64,000 bases of DNA, taken from assembly GCA_040954595.2 (NCBI GenBank), contig CM082583.2, forward strand, positions 404,542 through 468,541. The letters are read 5' to 3'. The position numbers were made by a program, and so were the translations under genes. Positions 22,401 to 34,700 of this stretch are shown here, piece after piece (the first letter of the stretch is position 1; every line of letters begins with the position of its first letter). The stretch comes from Balanoglossus misakiensis. Taxonomy: Eukaryota; Animalia; Hemichordata. A model generated the notes under the pieces. The model worked only from the letters and a program-made list of their open reading frames with translations. It was not told the origin of the DNA and made no database searches.

Positions 22401-23928
22401 TTAGCAACGGTGATCAAGTCGGATTTCCTTCGGCCTGGCTCTGCAAAAGACCCGACACTCTAGTACAAAGACGTTGGCTAAGTCGGGCCAACCGAAGAGG
22501 GAAAGTCACAGCGGGTCAACACTCGACATTTGTTCGGGTAGGACTACATTATTGCCTGTCAATTTATAGAGAAAGCCCGAATTTAACCAGGTCGTTTCAA
22601 ACACCGACGTTAGTTGGGGGCACGGCCTGCAGTACTGCCGGGTAAGCTGACATCGGCGTACCGCATATAATGTAGGGGGGGGGGGACAGAACGGTTCAAT
22701 ACTACATTTATTAGATATCAGCTAATTTTGGACAATCATCTAAAATCTAAATCATTTTTTCATATTTGGATATCTGATGATGTAAAAATGGTGCTGATTC
22801 TAAAAAATGCACTCTGAATGAGCTGATTTAATACAAAATTGCGTTTAATTCGTTTTTGCACCAAAAAGGTCATTTTTAGGCAAAACATTCTTTATTTTTT
22901 TAATTCGGTGACCTGATCATATATAAACAATTGCTTGTATGTTAAAAGTTTTGATGACTTTTAAAAGCAGTGACACTGGCGGCATTCAACACGAAAATAA
23001 CAATTTTAGCCACAATTTGGTCAAAATGGTAAATTTTTGAAAATTACAAAAAATACATGTTTTCTACATTTTCGGAAATCTGATGGAGTATAGAATGCTC
23101 TTCGTATGTATATATCGATACAAATTCCACAAAAGACTGTCTAATTTGGCTCACTGCAGACAAAATTGCGTTTTACCAAATTTTCCTTGAAAATGTCATT
23201 TTTAGAAAAAAAAATGAAAAAAACCTTTGTTCTTCGAATTTGGTGCCCTGATCATATATGACATGTTGATTGTATGTTAAAACTTTTGACCACTCCAAAA
23301 ATGCAGAGATATTGACGGAATTCAAGATAAAATAGCCATTTTGGCCATATTTTGAGAAAAATGGTAATTTTTTAAAAAATCATAAACAAATTAACTCTTT
23401 TCTTCATTTTCGGAAATATTATGGAGCATGAAGTGTCGTTCTCTTGTAAAAAGTGCTGCAAATTCCAGAAAAGGCGGTATAATTTGAATCACCCAAGACA
23501 AAATTACCATTTTCGACTTTTTTTCGAAATATCGTCTTTTTACAAAATAAATAAGAATAAATTCTTTTCTTAGTTTCAAACGGGTAGAGATACTTTCCAC
23601 ACGGGTTTTCTAACAATGAATTTCCGTTCATCAACTCAGATTTCCTACAGCATAAGTCAGCTAAAACCCTGACACTCTAGAGCAGAAACAGTTGCACAAA
23701 TGGTAACGTTGAACAAGTCGATTTTTCTACGGCCTGGCTCGGCTAAATCTCCGTCACAATATGACAGACACTAGCGTACGTTAGCAACGGTGGATTGAAC
23801 CTGTGGCTCTCGAAGGGTGTGCCTCGTGCGGACTGAGCTCCCGAAGCTAACTGAAAATTCTACCGCATTTCCTCCAAAATTTTAACCAACGCGGTCCTGA
23901 CTTGGTGACGAAAGACATATTTTACACG

Positions 23929-25191
23929 ATGGGAGTTGCTCTAAACGCCTGGCGTTGTCGTATCGGCTGTTTTTCGCAACCAACTTCGTGGAAAATGGTA
24001 ACTTTGCCGTCGGAATACGACCCACATACCAGATGGTCATTAGCAATGGAAATTATCTACCGATTAGCATGCACACTGATGGTAACACTGCCTGTGCTTG
24101 TCATTAGTCTCGCTTTCGCAGATGAGGAGACACTGAAGCTCGCCAACTCAGCGGTGCTCACGTATTTCTCGGAGACGTATGAGATGTTGGCGGTGCAAAC
24201 ACCATGGGGAAACGGACTCCGTACGGACTATAGTATGACATTGTTTGAAAATCATGGTGAGTGCATGGATTTGTACGCCGAACACTGTATTAGTTCAAAT
24301 GTGGTAAATATATACGGTTCCGAGCAACGGCTACTTTTGAGCGGTGATATTGAATCTAACCCCGGCCCAAACCAGCCAAAAACAACGAAACAACCGAAAA
24401 TTACGGACACGGTTTGTGGAGGGGTACGGGAACTACGCAGTACCACCCGTTCTATGTCGCTTGAAGAGCTGCACACGGACAACACTACAGGTAAAATTGG
24501 TGATAGCAGTTTTACGATGAACGATATTATGAATGAACTTGGCAGTGTAAAACGGTCAATATCATCTCAAATTAAATCTCTATCAGACGAGATTCATACC
24601 AAAATAGGTCAATTGGAAACAGATATGACAGATTTGAGGAAGGAACAACAGCATGAACATGAAAAAGTTAGAATACTTCAGATTGAAAACGAACAGTTAC
24701 GTGAACGAGTGTGCAAAGTGGAGGCCGAATCTGACTACCTCTCATCGCAATTAAAACGTAATAATATTATTGTGCATGGAATTGCTGAGTCACAAGATGG
24801 CAGTGAAACTTGGTCGGAAAGCGAAGAAAAGGTGAAAACGTTATTGGAAAAGGAACTAGGTGTTGATGACGTGGAACTGGAACGAGCACACCGCCTGAAT
24901 ACCAGATCGAGACCGCGACCAATCATAGCCAAGTGCGCAAGTTTCAAGCAGAAAGAACAGGTGCTGCGTGCGACGTCGAAGTGGAAGGGAACACAGACAC
25001 AGTACCGCATCGCCGAAGACTTTTCAGCACGTGTACGTAATACCAGAAAGAACTTATTTAAATTTCTTAGACAAGCCCGTGAAAACAATAAACGTTGCAA
25101 ACTCTCCTACGATAAAATTATTATTGAAGGTACAGCATATACATATGATGCAAACAATGATAATATTAAACCTGTCAATAAGTCGAAATAA
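23929..25191 (+). CDS. LINE ORF1: hydrophobic N-terminal module, 2A-like peptide, then coiled coil + L1-type (transposase_22-like) RRM/CTD
   Basis: First ATG at 23929 (MGVALNAWRCRIGCF..); LLLSGDIESNPGP at 24331-24369; heptad-rich region; KRNNIIVHGIAES, ERAHRL..RPRPIIAK and IAEDFS..R motifs typical of LINE ORF1p. Confidence 0.9.
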   Translation: MGVALNAWRCRIGCFSQPTSWKMVTLPSEYDPHTRWSLAMEIIYRLACTLMVTLPVLVISLAFADEETLKLANSAVLTYFSETYEMLAVQTPWGNGLRTDYSMTLFENHGECMDLYAEHCISSNVVNIYGSEQRLLLSGDIESNPGPNQPKTTKQPKITDTVCGGVRELRSTTRSMSLEELHTDNTTGKIGDSSFTMNDIMNELGSVKRSISSQIKSLSDEIHTKIGQLETDMTDLRKEQQHEHEKVRILQIENEQLRERVCKVEAESDYLSSQLKRNNIIVHGIAESQDGSETWSESEEKVKTLLEKELGVDDVELERAHRLNTRSRPRPIIAKCASFKQKEQVLRATSKWKGTQTQYRIAEDFSARVRNTRKNLFKFLRQARENNKRCKLSYDKIIIEGTAYTYDANNDNIKPVNKSK

Positions 25192-25308
25192 TGGTTAGGT
25201 CAAGGCCCGAATATTGAAAACAAGCAGGATGATTATGATGGAAATAGCATTGATGTACACACCTGTTATAATACAGAGAATAGAAATAGTGACAGCTCAA
25301 CAGCCGCA

Positions 25309-28300
25309 TTGAAATTAATGACGCTGAATGTAAGAGGCCTCAAAAGTAAGCTGTCTTTAAATGATTTTCTGTCTACATGCAAATCGTATAATATTATTGG
25401 CTTTGTAGAAACATGGTTAGATATTGATGATACACCAAGTATCCCTGGTTATGTATGTTTTAACAAACCAAGAAAGAAAATACGTAAACGAGGGCGGAAT
25501 GCAGGTGGAGTTGCTGTCTATGTTAGTGATAATGTTACTGCTGGTATTACTCAATTACATTGTCAATTACAAGATGTTGTTGTATTGTTATTACATAATG
25601 ATTTCTTTCACTTCACACCCCCTAAGGATGTGATATATTGTTGCGTCTACATAGCTCCTGAGTACTCAACCGTATATAGTAGTTTATCAGATGAAAATGG
25701 TATAACTCTCTTAGAAGAATATATTACAAATATTTTGACAGATTATCAAGATGTAAATATTATTTTAAGTGGCGACTTTAATGCAAGGACCTCATCGAAT
25801 GATGACTTTATTGTGGACGACTCCACTGAATACTTGCCAATGGAATCATACATGTGTGACGAATTTACCATGCCACGTAAATCTAAAGATAAAATATTAA
25901 ATAATTTTGGTAATTCTCTATTAATGCTTTGCAAAACGTTTGATGTACATATTATAAATGGTCGCAAGGACCAAGATGTTCCAGGAGAATTTACGTGTTT
26001 TTCCCATAACGGATGCAGTGTTGTTGATTATATGATTGCTTCGACGGATTTATTTAAGGCAATAAGCTATTTTTCTGTGCTTAGTATAGACTTTTCTGAC
26101 CATCTACCCATTGTGTTACATATTGACCTTGACATATACACTAACTTTGAACAACCCATAATAATTGAAGAGAATTGTACAAAGAAATTAGTGAAGTTTA
26201 AGTGGAATCAAGAGTTGAAGGTTAATTTCATGGAAAGGGTGAACATGTCTGAACATTGGGATCATGTAACAACTGCCCTGAACAGAGGTGATGCTAATGA
26301 ATGTGTTAAATATATAGGTACAATTTTTGAAGCCGCTGGGTCAGAAATGAAAGTGTGTACAAAATTAAATTACAACTCCCACTTGAAATGTAATATTCAT
26401 GCTCCCTGGTTTGATGCTGAATGTATTTCTCTGAAATCTGTTAAAAATAAGAGCCTACGTAAATTTCGTATTATGAATAGAGAGGTCGATTTGTCGGAGT
26501 ATAATGAAACTAAGAGGAAATTTAAGGTGCTTTGCAGAAAAAAGAAACGAGATTACCAAGAAGAATTAAAATTCTCACTTGTGAAAGACATCAGCGATAC
26601 TGGTTCAATATGGGAAAAGTTTCGTTTGCTGAATAGGAAGTTTTCAAAGTCAGAAATCCCAGCCAGTCATTGGATTGAGCATTTCAAAAAGTTGTTTCAG
26701 GCCCTCCCTGTAGACATGGATATTCAGAACATAACAATGGGCGACACTGGTTACGCATCTGATGAATTGATTTTGAATAAGCCTATTACAGTGGATGAGA
26801 TATCTAAAGCCATCCAGAAGCTTAAAACTGGAAAAGCACCGGGTTTCGATGGCCTGCCAGCTGAATTTTTTAAAGTATCTGAGAATATTCTCCTTCCATA
26901 TCTTGTGCGCCTTTTCAATTTAATTTTTGACTCTGGAAACTTTCCTGATGGTTGGTCCATGGGAGTCATTGTACCTCTCCACAAATCAGGCGATAAAGGC
27001 AATGTAAACAATTATAGAGGTATCACTCTTTTGAGTAATTTCAGTAAAATTTTCACTACTATTCTTAACGAGAGGTTGACTACATGGGCCGATACGGAAG
27101 GCAAGTTATCAGAGTGTCAGGCAGGGTTTAGAAAAGGGTATTCCACTTTACATAATATTTTCTCTCTTTATGCAATTGTACAAAAATATCTGGGAAGACG
27201 AGGGGGACGATTTTATTGCGTTTTTGTTGACTTTGCCAAAGCATTTGACACTGTTAATCATACACTTTTATTTATGTCACTTTTACAGATTGGTGTGCAA
27301 GGTAAAATGTTCATAATCCTTAAAAGCATATATAAAGACGTCAAATCTTGCGTCAGAGTGAAACAACATATAACAGAATGTTTTGACTGTCCATCGGGTG
27401 TGCGTCAAGGTTGCATCCTCAGCCCGTTTTTATTTGCTTTATTTATTAATGAACTACAAAATATGGTTGAAAATGCAGGTCACATGGGTATACAAATAAC
27501 ACAGGAATTGAAAGATATTTTCCTCCTACTGTATGCTGATGACATCACGATGTTTGCAGACACTGTAGTTGGTTTGCAGAGGTTGCTAAACACGCTTAAT
27601 TTATTTACTGAAAAATGTAAAATGAAAGTAAATTTGTCCAAAACAAAAATTATTGTATTTAGAAACGGTGGTATAATTAAGAAAACAGAAAAATGGCTAT
27701 ATGGAGGAGAACAAGTGAATGTTGTATCTTATTATAAATATCTGGGTATTGTGTTTTCTAGTCGAAATGTATGGTTTAAGGCTGTACAAACTTTATCTGA
27801 ACAGGCCAAGAAAGCTATATTTACTGTCAACCGCTTTACAAGAAAATTTGGAGAACTCCCTTGTCAGCTTTATTTTAAAGTGTTTGATATAATGATCTTG
27901 CCAATTTTGACATATGGCTCAGAGATATGGGGTTTTCAACCCTACGCATGCGCAGAAACTGTACATTATAAGTATTGTAAACGCTTTTTAGGCGTAAAAA
28001 GTAACACTCCAAATGCCGCTGTAATAGGGGAATTGGGCAGACCACCTATTTTCGTTCATACATACATTCGATGCATAAAATGGTGGCTGAAATTATTATC
28101 TATGCCAAATACACAAATAGCAAAACATTCATATACACTTCTTGTAAGAGAAGATTTATTGGGGAAAACAAATTGGGCATCCCATATTCGTAATATACTT
28201 TATAGATATGGTTATGGATATGCTTGGATTAATCAGGGAGTTGGTAATGAAAAATTGTTTATTACACTGTTTTCAGATACAGTAAAAGATAATTGGCGTC

Positions 28301-28728
28301 AAGACTGGTGGGGGGAAATTTCTAGCACAAGCCGTTTACAAATGTTTTGTCAATTAAAGAATAGCCCATGCCTTGAAAATTATTTATTTAATGTTAAAAT
28401 TAACAAACATAGAAAGGCCCTTTCACAGATACGATGTTCCGGCCACCAGCTTTCTATTGAAACTGGCCGCAGCAAAGGTCTGGATAGGTCTGAAAGGTTA
28501 TGTGAAATTTGTAATACATGTATCGTTGAAGACGAATATCATTTTCTTTTTGAATGTACACTTTATCAAAATCTTAGGGAGAAATATTTACCAAAGTGTT
28601 TTACAAGATATCATTATCAAGCAAATATGGTCAAACTTTTCACCTCAGGTGATAATAATATTATAAATAACCTGGCAAAATATGTATATCAAGCATTCGA
28701 ATTGCGTAAAGAAGCACTAAATTTGTAA
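25309..28728 (+). CDS. LINE ORF2: APE endonuclease + reverse transcriptase + C-terminal CCHC finger
   Basis: NVRGL, ETWL, GDFNAR, VVDY and SDH (APE); KAPGFDG, NYRGITLL, QAGFR, FVDFAKAFD, GVRQGCILSP, LYADD and YKYLG (RT); HQLSIETGR..CEIC..EDEYHFLFEC (RTE-X-type C-terminus). Confidence 0.97.
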   Translation: MKLMTLNVRGLKSKLSLNDFLSTCKSYNIIGFVETWLDIDDTPSIPGYVCFNKPRKKIRKRGRNAGGVAVYVSDNVTAGITQLHCQLQDVVVLLLHNDFFHFTPPKDVIYCCVYIAPEYSTVYSSLSDENGITLLEEYITNILTDYQDVNIILSGDFNARTSSNDDFIVDDSTEYLPMESYMCDEFTMPRKSKDKILNNFGNSLLMLCKTFDVHIINGRKDQDVPGEFTCFSHNGCSVVDYMIASTDLFKAISYFSVLSIDFSDHLPIVLHIDLDIYTNFEQPIIIEENCTKKLVKFKWNQELKVNFMERVNMSEHWDHVTTALNRGDANECVKYIGTIFEAAGSEMKVCTKLNYNSHLKCNIHAPWFDAECISLKSVKNKSLRKFRIMNREVDLSEYNETKRKFKVLCRKKKRDYQEELKFSLVKDISDTGSIWEKFRLLNRKFSKSEIPASHWIEHFKKLFQALPVDMDIQNITMGDTGYASDELILNKPITVDEISKAIQKLKTGKAPGFDGLPAEFFKVSENILLPYLVRLFNLIFDSGNFPDGWSMGVIVPLHKSGDKGNVNNYRGITLLSNFSKIFTTILNERLTTWADTEGKLSECQAGFRKGYSTLHNIFSLYAIVQKYLGRRGGRFYCVFVDFAKAFDTVNHTLLFMSLLQIGVQGKMFIILKSIYKDVKSCVRVKQHITECFDCPSGVRQGCILSPFLFALFINELQNMVENAGHMGIQITQELKDIFLLLYADDITMFADTVVGLQRLLNTLNLFTEKCKMKVNLSKTKIIVFRNGGIIKKTEKWLYGGEQVNVVSYYKYLGIVFSSRNVWFKAVQTLSEQAKKAIFTVNRFTRKFGELPCQLYFKVFDIMILPILTYGSEIWGFQPYACAETVHYKYCKRFLGVKSNTPNAAVIGELGRPPIFVHTYIRCIKWWLKLLSMPNTQIAKHSYTLLVREDLLGKTNWASHIRNILYRYGYGYAWINQGVGNEKLFITLFSDTVKDNWRQDWWGEISSTSRLQMFCQLKNSPCLENYLFNVKINKHRKALSQIRCSGHQLSIETGRSKGLDRSERLCEICNTCIVEDEYHFLFECTLYQNLREKYLPKCFTRYHYQANMVKLFTSGDNNIINNLAKYVYQAFELRKEALNL

Positions 28729-31700
28729 TAGCATGCAATACTCTGTCTAAATGTTTTGTATAATTTTGTGGTGCAATCAAATCAAATTCTTTACCTCTGT
28801 ATCATTTTGATGTACTAAATGCAATGGGCCGGTTGCCTTTATGCAAATAAATATTATTTTTTATTGTTAGCAACGGTGATCAAGTCAGATTTTCTACGGC
28901 CTGGCTTGGATAAAGCCCCGGCACTCTAAAGCAGAAACAGGCGTACAGAGACCACGTTGATCAAGTCAGATTTCCTACGGCGTGACTCGGCTGGTGCACC
29001 GGCTCTATATGACACAGACTGGCGTAAGTTATCAACGGTGATTACGTCGGATTTCCTACGGCCTGGTTTAGCTGAAGCCCCGGCACTTTAGAGCGGAAAC
29101 ACGCGTACATTGACCACGAAGATCAAGTCAGATCTCCTACGGCTTGGCTCGACTAAAACCCCGGCACACTATGACAGACACTAGCGTTCGTTAGCAACGT
29201 TGATCAAGTCAGATTTCCTGCGGCATGGCTTGGCTAAAGCCCTGGCACTCTAGAGCAGAAACACGCGTACAGAAACCAACATTGATCTACTCACATTTCC
29301 TTCGGCCTGGCACGGCTGATGCCCCGGCACCATATATAGGACACAGACTGGCGTAAGTTAACAACGGTAATCACGTCGGGTTTCCTACGGCCTGGATCAG
29401 CTGAAGCCCCGGCACTCTAGAACAGAAACAGGCGTACATTGACCACGTTGATCAAGTCAGATTTCCTACGGCCTGGCTCGACTAAAACCCCGACACACCA
29501 TGACAGACACTAGCGTTCGTTAGCAACGGTGATCAAGTCGGATTTCCTTCGGCCTGGCTCTGCAAAAGACCCGACACTCTAGTACAAAGACGTTGGCTAA
29601 GTCGGTCAAACCGAAGAGGGAAAGTCACAGCGGGTCAACAATCAACATTTGTTCGGGTAGGACTGCATTATTGCCTGTCAATTTATAGAGAAAGCCCGAA
29701 TTTAACCAGGGCGCTTCAAACACCGACGTTAGTTGGGGGCACGGCCTGCAGTACTGCCGGTTAAGCTGACATCGGCGTACCGCATATAATGTAGGGTGGG
29801 GGGGGGGGGGGGAACAGAACGGTTCAATACTACATTTATTAGATATCAGCTAATTTTGGACAATCATCTAAAATCTAAATCATTTTTTCATATTTGGATA
29901 TCTGATGATGTATGAAATTTCCATTATATGTAAAAATGGTGCTGATTATAAAAAATGCACTCTGAATGAGCTGATTTAATACAAAATTGCGTTTTATTCG
30001 TTTTTGCACCAAAAAGGTCATTTTTAGGCAAAACATTCTTTATTTTTTTAATTCGGTGACCTGATCATATATAAACAATTGCTTGTATGTTAAAAGTTTT
30101 TATGACTTTTAAAAGCAGTGACACTGGCGGCATTCAACACGAAAATAACAATTTTAGCCACAATTTGGTCAAAATGGTAAATTTTTGAAAATTACAAAAA
30201 ATACCTGTTTTCTACATTTTCGGAAATCTGATGGAGTATAGAATGCTCTTCGTATGTAAATATCGATACAAATTCCACAAAAGACAGTCTAATTTGGCTC
30301 ACTGCAGACAAAATTGCATGTTATCAAATTTTGCTTGAAAATGTGATTTTTAGAAAAAATAATAAAAAAACCTTTGTTCTTCGAATTTGGTGCCCTGATC
30401 ATATATGACATGTTGATTGTATGTTAAAACTTTCGACCACTCCAAAAATGCAGAGATATTGACGGAATTCAAGAAAAAATAGCCATTTTGGCCATATTTT
30501 GTCAAAAATGGTAAATTTTTAAAAAATCATAAAAAATTAACTCTTTTCTTCATTTTCGGAAATATTATGGAGCATGAAGTGTCGTTCTCTTGTAAAAAGT
30601 GCTGCAAATTCCAGAAAAGGCGGTATAATTTGAATCACCCAAGACAAAATTACCATTTTCGACTTTTTTTCGAAAAATTGTCTTTTTTACAAAATAAATA
30701 AGAATAAATTCTTTTCTTAGTTTCAAACGGGTAGAGACACTTTCCACACGGGTTTTCTAACATTGAATTCCCGTTCATCAACTCAGATTTCCTACAGCAT
30801 AAGTCGGCTAAAACCCTGACACTCTAGAGCAGAAACAGTTGCACACTGGTAACGTTGAACAAGTCGATTTTTCTACGGCCTGGCTCGGCTAAATCTCCGT
30901 CACAATATGACAGACACTAGCGTACATTAGCAACGGTGATCAAGTCAGATTTTCTACGGCATGGCTTGGATAAAGCCCCGGCACTCTAGAGCAGAAACAC
31001 GCGTACAGAGACCACGTTGATCAAGTCTGATCTCCTACGGCTTGGCTCGACTAAAACCCCGGCACACTATGGCAGACACTAGCGTTCGTTAGCAACGTTG
31101 ATCAAGTCAGATTTCCTACGGCATGGCTTGGCTAAAGCCCTGGCACTCTAGAGCAGAAACACGCGTACAGAGACCACGTTGATCTACTCACATTTCCTTC
31201 GGCCTGGCACGGCTGATGCCCCGGCACTATATATAGGACACAGACTGGCGTAAGTTAACAACGGTAATCACGTCGGGTTTCCTACGGCCTGGCTCAGCTG
31301 AAGCCCCGGCACTCTAGAGCAGAAACAGGCGTACATTGACCACGTTGATCAAGTCAGATTTCCTACGGCGTGACTCGGCTGGTGCACCGGCTCTATATGA
31401 CACAGACTGGCGTAAGTTATCAACGGTGATGACGTCGGATTTCCTTCGGCCTGGTTTAGCTGAAGCCCCGGCACTTTAGAGCGGAAACACGCGTACATTG
31501 ACCACGATGATCAAGTCAGATCTCCTACGGCCTGGCTCGACTAAAACCCCGGCACACTATGACAGACACTAGCGTTCTTTAGCAACGGTGATCAAGTCGG
31601 ATTTCCTTCGGCCTGGCTCTGCAAAAGACCCGACACTCTAGTACAAAGACGTTGGCTAAGTCTGGCAAACCGAAGAGGGAAAGTCACAGCGGGTCAACAC

Positions 31701-34700
31701 TCGACATTTGTTCGGGTAGGACTGCATTATTGCCTGTCAATTTATAGAGAAAGCCCGAATTTAACCAGGGCGCTTCAAACACCGACGTTAGTTGGGGGCA
31801 CGGCCTGCAGTACTGCCGGTTAAGCTGCCATCGGCGTACCGCATATAATGTAGGGGGGGGGGGAACAGAACGGTTGAATACTACATTTATTAGATATCAG
31901 CTAATTTTGGACAATCATCTAAAATCTAAATCATTTTTTCATATTTGGATATCTGATGATGTATGAAATTTCCATTATATGTAAAAATGGTGCTGATTAT
32001 AAAAAATGCACTCTGAATGAGCTGATTTAATACAAAATTGCGTTTTATTCGTTTTTGCACCAAAAAGGTCATTTTTAGGCAAAACATTCTTTATTTTTTT
32101 AATTCGGTGACCTGATCATATATAAACAATTGCTTGTATGTTAAAAGTTTTTATGACTTTTAAAAGCAGTGACACTGGCGGCATTCAACACGAAAATAAC
32201 AATTTTAGCCACAATTTGGTCAAAATGGTAAATTTTTGAAAATTACAAAAAATACCTGTTTTCTACATTTTCGGAAATCTGATGGAGTATAGAATGCTCT
32301 TCGTATGTAAATATCGATACAAATTCCACAAAAGACAGTCTAATTTGGCTCACTGCAGACAAAATTGCATGTTATCAAATTTTGCTTGAAAATGTGATTT
32401 TTAGAAAAAATAATAAAAAAACCTTTGTTCTTCGAATTTGGTGCCCTGATCATATATGACATGTTGATTGTATGTTAAAACTTTCGACCACTCCAAAAAT
32501 GCAGAGATATTGACGGAATTCAAGAAAAAATAGCCATTTTGGCCATATTTTGTCAAAAATGGTAAATTTTTAAAAAATCATAAAAAATTAACTCTTTTCT
32601 TCATTTTCGGAAATATTATGGAGCATGAAGTGTCGTTCTCTTGTAAAAAGTGCTGCAAATTCCAGAAAAGGCGGTATAATTTGAATCACCCAAGACAAAA
32701 TTACCATTTTCGACTTTTTTTCGAAAAATTGTCTTTTTTACAAAATAAATAAGAATAAATTCTTTTCTTAGTTTCAAACGGGTAGAGACACTTTCCACAC
32801 GGGTTTTCTAACATTGAATTCCCGTTCATCAACTCAGATTTCCTACAGCATAAGTCGGCTAAAACCCTGACACTCTAGAGCAGAAACAGTTGCACACTGG
32901 TAACGTTGAACAAGTCGATTTTTCTACGGCCTGGCTCGGCTAAATCTCCGTCACAATATGACAGACACTAGCGTACATTAGCAACGGTGATCAAGTCAGA
33001 TTTTCTACGGCATGGCTTGGATAAAGCCCCGGCACTCTAGAGCAGAAACACGCGTACAGAGACCACGTTGATCAAGTCTGATCTCCTACGGCTTGGCTCG
33101 ACTAAAACCCCGGCACACTATGGCAGACACTAGCGTTCGTTAGCAATGTTGATCAAGTCAAATTTCCTACGGCATGGCTTGGCTAAAGCCCTGGCACTCT
33201 AGAGCAGAAACACGCGTACAGAGACCACGTTGATCTACTCACATTTCCTTCGGCCTGGCACGGTTGATGCCCCGGCACTATATATAGGACACAGACTGGC
33301 GTATGTTAACAACGGTAATCACGACGGGTTTCCTACGGCCTGGCTCAGCTGAAGCCCCGGCACTCTAGAGCAGAAATAGGCGTACATTGACCACGTTGAT
33401 CAAGTCAGATTTCCTACGGCGTGACTCGGCTGGTGCACCGGCTCTATATGACACAGACTGGCGTAAGTTATCAACGGTGATTACGTCGGATTTCCTACGG
33501 CCTGGTTTAGCTGAAGCCCCGGCACTTTAGAGCGGAAACACGCGTACATTGACCACGATGATCAAGTCAGATCTCCTACGGCCTGGCTCGACTAAAACCC
33601 CGACACACCATGACAGACACTAGCGTTCGTTAGCAACGGTGATCAAGTCGGATTTCCTTCGGCCTGGCTCTGCAAAAGACCCGACACTCTAGTACAAAGA
33701 CGTTATCTAAGTCGGGCAAACCGAAGAGGGAAAGTCACAGCGGGTCAACACTCGACATTTGTTCGGGTAGGACTGCATTATTGCCTGTCAATTTATAGAG
33801 AAAGCCCGAATTTAACCAGGGCGCTTCAAACACCGACGTTAGTTGGGGGCACGGCCTGCAGTACTGCCGGGTAAGCTGACATCGGCGTACCGCATATAAT
33901 GTAGGGGGGGGGGGGGAAACAGAACGGTTGAATACTACATTTATTAGATATCAGCTAATTTTGGACAATCATCTAAATCATTTTTTTCATATTTGGATAT
34001 CTGATGATGTATGAAATTTCCATTATATATGTGAAAATGGTGCTGATTATAAAAAATGCACTCTGATTTAATACAAAATTGCGTTTTATTCGTTTTTGCA
34101 CCAAAAAGGTCATTTTTAGGCAAAAAATTCTTTATTTTTTTAATTCGGTGACCTGATCATATATAAAGAATTGCTTGTATGTTAAAAGTTTTTATTACTT
34201 TTAAAAGCAGTGACACTGGCGGCATTCAACACGAAAATAACAATTTTAGCCACAATTTGGTCAAAATGGTAAATTTTTGAAAATTACAAAAAATACCTGT
34301 TTTCTACATTTTCGGAAATCTGATGGAGTATAGAATGCTCTTCGTATGTATATATCGATACAAATTCCACAAAAGACCGTCTAATTTGGCTCACTGCAGA
34401 CAAAATTGCGTTTTACCAAATTTTCCTTGAAAATGTCATTTTTAGAAAAAAAAAAAAAAACCTTTGTTCTTCGAATTTGGTGCCCTGATCATATATGACA
34501 TGTTGATTGTATGTTAAAACTTTCGACCACTCCAAAAATGCAGAGATATTGACGGAATTCAAGAAAAAATAGCCATTTTTGCCATATTTTGACAAAAATG
34601 GTAAATTTTTAAAAAATCATAAAAAATTAACTCTTTTCTTCATTTTCGGAAATATTATGGAGCATGAAGTGTCGTTCTCTTGTAAAAAGTGCTGCAAATT

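Larger units (their letters stand above)
23793..28865 (+). mobile_element. Full-length, apparently intact non-LTR retrotransposon (RTE-X-like)
   Basis: 13-bp TSD GTTAGCAACGGTG (23780-23792 and 28866-28878); two intact ORFs; 3' AATAAA followed by a (TATT/T)-rich tail. Confidence 0.95.

Noticed and set aside
24252-28666. Short ORFs overlapping the LINE ORFs
   Set aside because: Antisense or alternate-frame shadows of the real coding sequence.
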